Positions 7,664-11,000 of a stretch of 11,000 nucleotides of DNA are shown in pieces (the first letter of the stretch is position 1; every line of letters begins with the position of its first letter). The stretch comes from Gemmatimonadales bacterium (GTDB lineage Bacteria; Gemmatimonadota; Gemmatimonadetes; Gemmatimonadales; GWC2-71-9), in NCBI GenBank assembly GCA_039794085.1, contig JBDIWC010000089.1:1-11000 (forward strand). Direction: 5' to 3'. The notes under the pieces are model-generated. The model was not told the DNA's origin and did not search any database. It saw nothing but the letters and a program-made list of their open reading frames with translations. The position numbers were made by a program, and so were the translations under genes.

Positions 7664-9145
7664 GTGGGAAAACTGAACCCGGGAGCCCGTACGTGTGTTC
7701 CAGGTCTTGCCCTGCTCGCACTGGCGACCTGCATCGTCCCCCTCCATGGGCAGGGGATCCAGGTGACGCTGGTGGAGGAACGCTCCCGCGTGGCCGTGCC
7801 CGGTCTCGTCTCGGTTCTGTCCCTCGACGGCGCTACCGTCGCGAGGGCCCTCACCAACCCCTCGGGCTATGTGATGATCCCGGTCCCCCCGGGCCGCTAC
7901 GTGGTGGAGGGGGCCCGGATCGGCTTCTTCGGTGCCCGCTCGGACACCCTCACCGTGGTGGAAGGGAGTGCGGTCACCCTGCGCCTGGGGATGCCCATGG
8001 ACCAGGTGATGCTCCCGGAGGTGGTGACCGAGGCCCGGCGGTCCGAATGCTCGGTGCGGGACCGGAGCCCCGACCTGCAGACCGTGTGGGAGGAGGCGCG
8101 GAAGGTACTCGCCACCGTGGTGCTCACCCGGGAGCAACTCCACCCGACGCTCGAGGTGGTGCGGTTCGAGCGCACCCGCGGTCCCCTCGGGGCCCTCGTG
8201 TCGGAGCGCGAGGTGGCCCGGCGCCGGGGTTCCGGAAACCCCTACCACACCCTGACCCCTTCCGAGTTGCTCGACGGGGGCTTCTCCCGCACGACCGAGG
8301 GCCAAGTGATGTTTTACGCCCCCGACGCCGACCTCCTGCTGAGCGAGGACTTTCTCGCGACCCACTGCTTCGGGCTCAGGGCCGATGCCGCGAGAGGCCG
8401 CATTGGGCTGACCTTCACGCCGATGCCGAGCCGCCCTCAGACCGGCATCGCCGGAACCCTCTGGATGAACCGCGCCGAAGGGGAGCTGGAAGAAGTGGAG
8501 TTCGAGTACGTAAAGGCGCCGTATCCCTATAACCGCACCCGGTCCACCGGCGTGGTCCGGTTTGCCCGGATGCCTCGGCTGGGCTGGATCGTGGGGGAGT
8601 GGGAGATCCGGATGCCCAAAGTGGCCCAGGTCCGGCAACGGATCGTCGGCGCCCAGCTCGAGGAGCGGGAGGTGGTCATCGGGTCGGTGGAGGTGGGAGG
8701 AGTCGCCACGCCGGTGGATCCCGCGGAACGGCGGGTCGTGGTCGCGGCCCGGCAACGGACCGACAGTGTGGCGGGCGTATCACCCGCCGCTCCCCTTCCC
8801 GGAGGGTTCGCGTCCGCCGAGGCGCTCCTGGAGAGCTACTGCGGAGCGGCCGTCGCGGCGGATTCCAGCCGGGGAATCCTCATCGGAATGATCCGGACCG
8901 CGGACGGGGGCCCGGTGGAGGGGGCTCGGATGCGCGTGTCCTGGGGAGGGGATGCCGCCCCTCGCCCCGGGGTGTCCACCGATTCCGGCGCCGAGACGGA
9001 TGCATCGGGTGGGTTCTTCGCCTGCGGGGTACCACTGGGGGGAGTGCTCCGGGTGGACAATGGAGGCCGGCCCGTCGGGAAGCCGATCGGGACTCGTCGG
9101 GGGGAGCGGGTGATCACCCGGGAGTTCGTGGTTCCGGAGAAATGA
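7664..9145 (+). CDS. Exported multidomain protein: CarboxypepD_reg-like + conserved beta-rich B core + two-Cys domain (copy 2)
   Basis: Paralog of 4693-6477 (VWEEARKVL, MFYAPDADLLLSEDFLATHCF, IAGTLW, EVEFEYV, LGWIVGEW, TDASGGFFACGVPLG). GTG 7664, preceded by AGGA at 7652-7655, gives a normal-length signal peptide ending ...VPLHG|Q. The start is uncertain. Confidence 0.85.
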   Translation: MGKLNPGARTCVPGLALLALATCIVPLHGQGIQVTLVEERSRVAVPGLVSVLSLDGATVARALTNPSGYVMIPVPPGRYVVEGARIGFFGARSDTLTVVEGSAVTLRLGMPMDQVMLPEVVTEARRSECSVRDRSPDLQTVWEEARKVLATVVLTREQLHPTLEVVRFERTRGPLGALVSEREVARRRGSGNPYHTLTPSELLDGGFSRTTEGQVMFYAPDADLLLSEDFLATHCFGLRADAARGRIGLTFTPMPSRPQTGIAGTLWMNRAEGELEEVEFEYVKAPYPYNRTRSTGVVRFARMPRLGWIVGEWEIRMPKVAQVRQRIVGAQLEEREVVIGSVEVGGVATPVDPAERRVVVAARQRTDSVAGVSPAAPLPGGFASAEALLESYCGAAVAADSSRGILIGMIRTADGGPVEGARMRVSWGGDAAPRPGVSTDSGAETDASGGFFACGVPLGGVLRVDNGGRPVGKPIGTRRGERVITREFVVPEK

Positions 9146-9164
9146 AGTTTGAAGTTCGAAGTGG
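9144..9164 (+). repeat. Heptamer tandem repeat x3 overlapping a stop codon
   Basis: GAAGTTT GAAGTTC GAAGTGG; the TGA stop at 9143-9145 overlaps the first unit. Confidence 0.85.
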
Positions 9165-9388
9165 GCGAAATCGAGTTGGTCGAGTCCGCTGGGGCGGATT
9201 TGAAGGACGAGGATCCTGTCATGGACTCGGCGTCATCCAGAGAAGAGAGGGATCTGAGGAGGTGACCGGCGTACCTTCCCGTCGTCGGCGCTCTCCGGTG
9301 GGTTGCCGCCCCGGAGACCGATCAACGCAACGTCGCGGGAGAGGGCTTACGCGGAGACGCGGAGGAACAGATGAGGCAGTGAATGAGA

Positions 9389-9410
9389 TGCTCACACGAA
9401 GGCACGAAGG
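9389..9410 (+). repeat. 22-bp exact direct repeat, copy 2
   Basis: Identical to 7624-7645. Confidence 0.9.
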
Positions 9411-9477
9411 TCACAAAGTGAAGGGATGGTCTGGGGGCTTCGGAGCCTGGTGCCCTTGAGGGTGTGTCGCGCGGAGC

Positions 9478-9507
9478 GCGCCGAGCCCGGCGTTCAAGCC
9501 GGGGAAC
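9478..9507 (+). repeat. REP-like palindromic element
   Basis: GCCGAGCCCGG (9480-9490) is also present at 3621-3631 and 6505-6515; stem CCCGGC-GTTCAA-GCCGGG. Confidence 0.6.
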
Positions 9508-9515
9508 AGGTGAAT

Positions 9516-9544
9516 TTGTGATCCAGGAAGATTGATGTTAGTGT
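9516..9544 (+). promoter_or_regulatory. Candidate sigma70-type promoter for the aminotransferase
   Basis: TTGTGA(9516-9521)-17 bp-TAGTGT(9539-9544), with an extended -10 TG at 9536-9537, in a locally AT-rich patch. Confidence 0.45.
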
Positions 9545-9546
9545 TC

Positions 9547-9589
9547 CTTCAACCTTCACACTTCAAACTTCAAACTTCCAACTTCCAAC
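9547..9589 (-). repeat. Inverted heptamer tract (AAACTTC-type on +, GAAGTTT-type on -), ~6 units, abutting a start codon
   Basis: CTTC AACCTTC ACACTTC AAACTTC AAACTTC CAACTTC CAAC, then GTG at 9590. Confidence 0.92.
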
Positions 9590-10753
9590 GTGACTCTGCA
9601 CACCGCTCACCGCACCCATCGTTTCACCGAATCGGTCATCCGCGGCATGACCCGGCTGGCCCGGGAGCATGACGCGATCAATCTGGCCCAGGGGTTCCCC
9701 GACTTTCCCTCCCCCGACGTGCTCAAGGATGCGGCGTGCGACGCCATCCGGCGTGACATCAACCAGTACGCCATCACCTGGGGTGCCACCCGTCTCCGGA
9801 ACGTCCTGGCGGCGAAATACCACGAGTGGTACGGGATGGAGGTGAACGCCGAGACCGAAATCACCGTCACCTGCGGCGCCACCGAGGCAATGGCCTCGAC
9901 CCTTCTCGCCATCGTCGACCCGGGGGACGAAGTGGTGGTGCTCGATCCGTTCTACGAGAACTACGGGCCCGATGCCGTGCTTTGCGAGGCGAAACCGGTC
10001 TTCGTCCCGATGGCTCCCGGCGAGGCCCTCGATCTGGACCGGCTCGCCGCCGCCTGTTCCGAGCGGACCCGTGCCATCATCGTCAACACCCCCAACAATC
10101 CCGCCGGCCGGGTGCTGCGTCGTGAGGAACTGGAGGGGATCGCCGAGCTCTGTCGGCGGTGGAACTGCTACGCCGTGACCGACGAGATCTACGAGCACAT
10201 CCGCTACGAGGGAATCCACATTCCGATCGCCACCCTGCCGGGGATGCGGGAGCGAACCATCACGATCAGCGGGGCCTCGAAGACCTTCAGCATCACCGGC
10301 TGGCGCGTCGGGTGGATCATCGCCCCGCCGGGAGTGACCGACGCGATCCGGAAGGTGCACGATTTCCTCACGGTGGGTTCTCCCGCGCCACTGCAGGATG
10401 CCGTCGCGGCGGCGCTGGAAACCCTCGGTCCCGACTACTATGCCGGTCTGGTCACCCAGTACCGAGCCCGCCGGGAGATCCTCCACGGCGCCCTGGTGGA
10501 CGCCGGTTTCCGCTGCGTGTCTCCCGAGGGCGCCTACTATATCATGGCCGATTTTTCGGCGCTCTCCTCCGACGACGACACGACGTTCAGTCGCTGGATG
10601 GCGCGGGAGGTGGGGGTGACGCCGGTACCGGGCTCGAGTTTCTTCAGCGATCCCGCGCTGGGGCGGTCCCTGGTGCGCTTCGCTTTCTGCAAGACGGAAA
10701 AGCTGCTCCAGGCCGCGGCGGTGAGGCTGCGGACTCTAGGGAGTAGGGAATAG
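9590..10753 (+). CDS. PLP-dependent aminotransferase class I/II (YbdL / kynurenine-glutamine transaminase / DapC-like subgroup)
   Basis: 387 aa with motifs INLAQGFPDF, TCGATEA, NTPNNPAG, DEIYE, SKTFSITGWRVG (PLP lysine) and VRFAFCK. Substrate cannot be assigned from sequence alone. Confidence 0.93.
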   Translation: MTLHTAHRTHRFTESVIRGMTRLAREHDAINLAQGFPDFPSPDVLKDAACDAIRRDINQYAITWGATRLRNVLAAKYHEWYGMEVNAETEITVTCGATEAMASTLLAIVDPGDEVVVLDPFYENYGPDAVLCEAKPVFVPMAPGEALDLDRLAAACSERTRAIIVNTPNNPAGRVLRREELEGIAELCRRWNCYAVTDEIYEHIRYEGIHIPIATLPGMRERTITISGASKTFSITGWRVGWIIAPPGVTDAIRKVHDFLTVGSPAPLQDAVAAALETLGPDYYAGLVTQYRARREILHGALVDAGFRCVSPEGAYYIMADFSALSSDDDTTFSRWMAREVGVTPVPGSSFFSDPALGRSLVRFAFCKTEKLLQAAAVRLRTLGSRE

Positions 10754-10808
10754 GGTGTTGGGTGTTGGGAACTGCGGGGGTGGGCCCAGTACCCAGTACC
10801 CAGTACCC
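10739..10808 (+). terminator. Stem-loop built from inverted heptamer tracts at the aminotransferase 3' end (possible terminator or mRNA-stabilising structure)
   Basis: GGGTGTTGGGTGTTGGG (10753-10769) can pair over 17 bp (4 G-U) with CCCAGTACCCAGTACCC in the (CCCAGTA)x3-CCC tract (10785-10808). There is no U-run, so it is not a classical intrinsic terminator. Confidence 0.4.
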
Positions 10809-10833
10809 GGAGTGTTGGGATGGTCGGCGGTAG

Positions 10834-10889
10834 GTCCTATGTCCTATGTCCTATGTCCTATGTCCTATGTCCTATGTCCTATGTCCTAT
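10834..10889. repeat. Perfect heptamer tandem repeat (GTCCTAT)x8
   Basis: Eight identical units counted directly, 56 bp. Confidence 0.97.
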
Positions 10890-10975
10890 CACTAGTGTCC
10901 GGTTAACTTGCGGAGACGGCCTTGTAAGTATGCTGTTTCCGGCAGTTTAGGCGATTTGTCGCCTGTCACCGACTT

Positions 10976-10997
10976 GAGCCCGGCTTCGACTCCGGGC
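10976..10997 (+). repeat. Degenerate REP-like hairpin
   Basis: GAGCCCGG-CTTCGACT-CCGGGC has the same GAGCCCGG head as the other copies and a 6-bp stem. Confidence 0.35.
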
Positions 10998-11000
10998 ATC

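Noticed and set aside
1..9145. Calling the array proteins carboxypeptidases
   Set aside because: Only the non-catalytic regulatory-like beta-sandwich is evident; no M14 zinc-binding catalytic domain was seen.
220..10746. Long alternative-frame and antisense ORFs (e.g. 1928-2710, 4762-5589, 5674-6618, 6641-7510, 7528-8532, 7538-8755, 8599-9459, 9563-10486)
   Set aside because: They overlap well-supported genes, are Arg/Gly/Pro-rich with no recognisable motifs, and are typical shadow ORFs of high-GC DNA.
1417..10889. CRISPR array or diversity-generating retroelement interpretation of the repeats
   Set aside because: There is no repeat-spacer periodicity, no cas or reverse transcriptase gene, and differences between duplicated segments are not adenine-specific.

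Overview
High-GC bacterial window. The gene families and repeat style suggest Gemmatimonadota, which is an inference. All credible genes are on the + strand. Most of the window (1-9145) is an array of exported proteins assembled from four recurring modules: R, a CarboxypepD_reg/Cna-B-like domain; P, a TonB-dependent-receptor-type plug domain with no beta-barrel after it; B, a conserved beta-rich core of unknown function; and K, a two-cysteine Cna-B-like domain. Gene order is a 5'-truncated B-K-R-P fusion, an R-K protein, a beta-propeller lipoprotein, then a tandemly duplicated ~2.9 kb cassette of [conserved structured leader][R-P][heptamer tract][R-B(-R)-K]. A class I/II PLP aminotransferase follows at 9590-10753. 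The intergenic DNA is highly patterned: GAAGTTT heptamer tracts sit right after stop codons, with one inverted tract right before a start codon; there is a REP-like GCCGAG(C/A)CCGG hairpin family, an exact 22-bp direct repeat, a G-quadruplex/hairpin-capable tract, and a perfect (GTCCTAT)x8 repeat. The best candidate for an undescribed system is the barrel-less plug protein plus its partner B protein, which occur as two adjacent gene pairs and also as one fusion.
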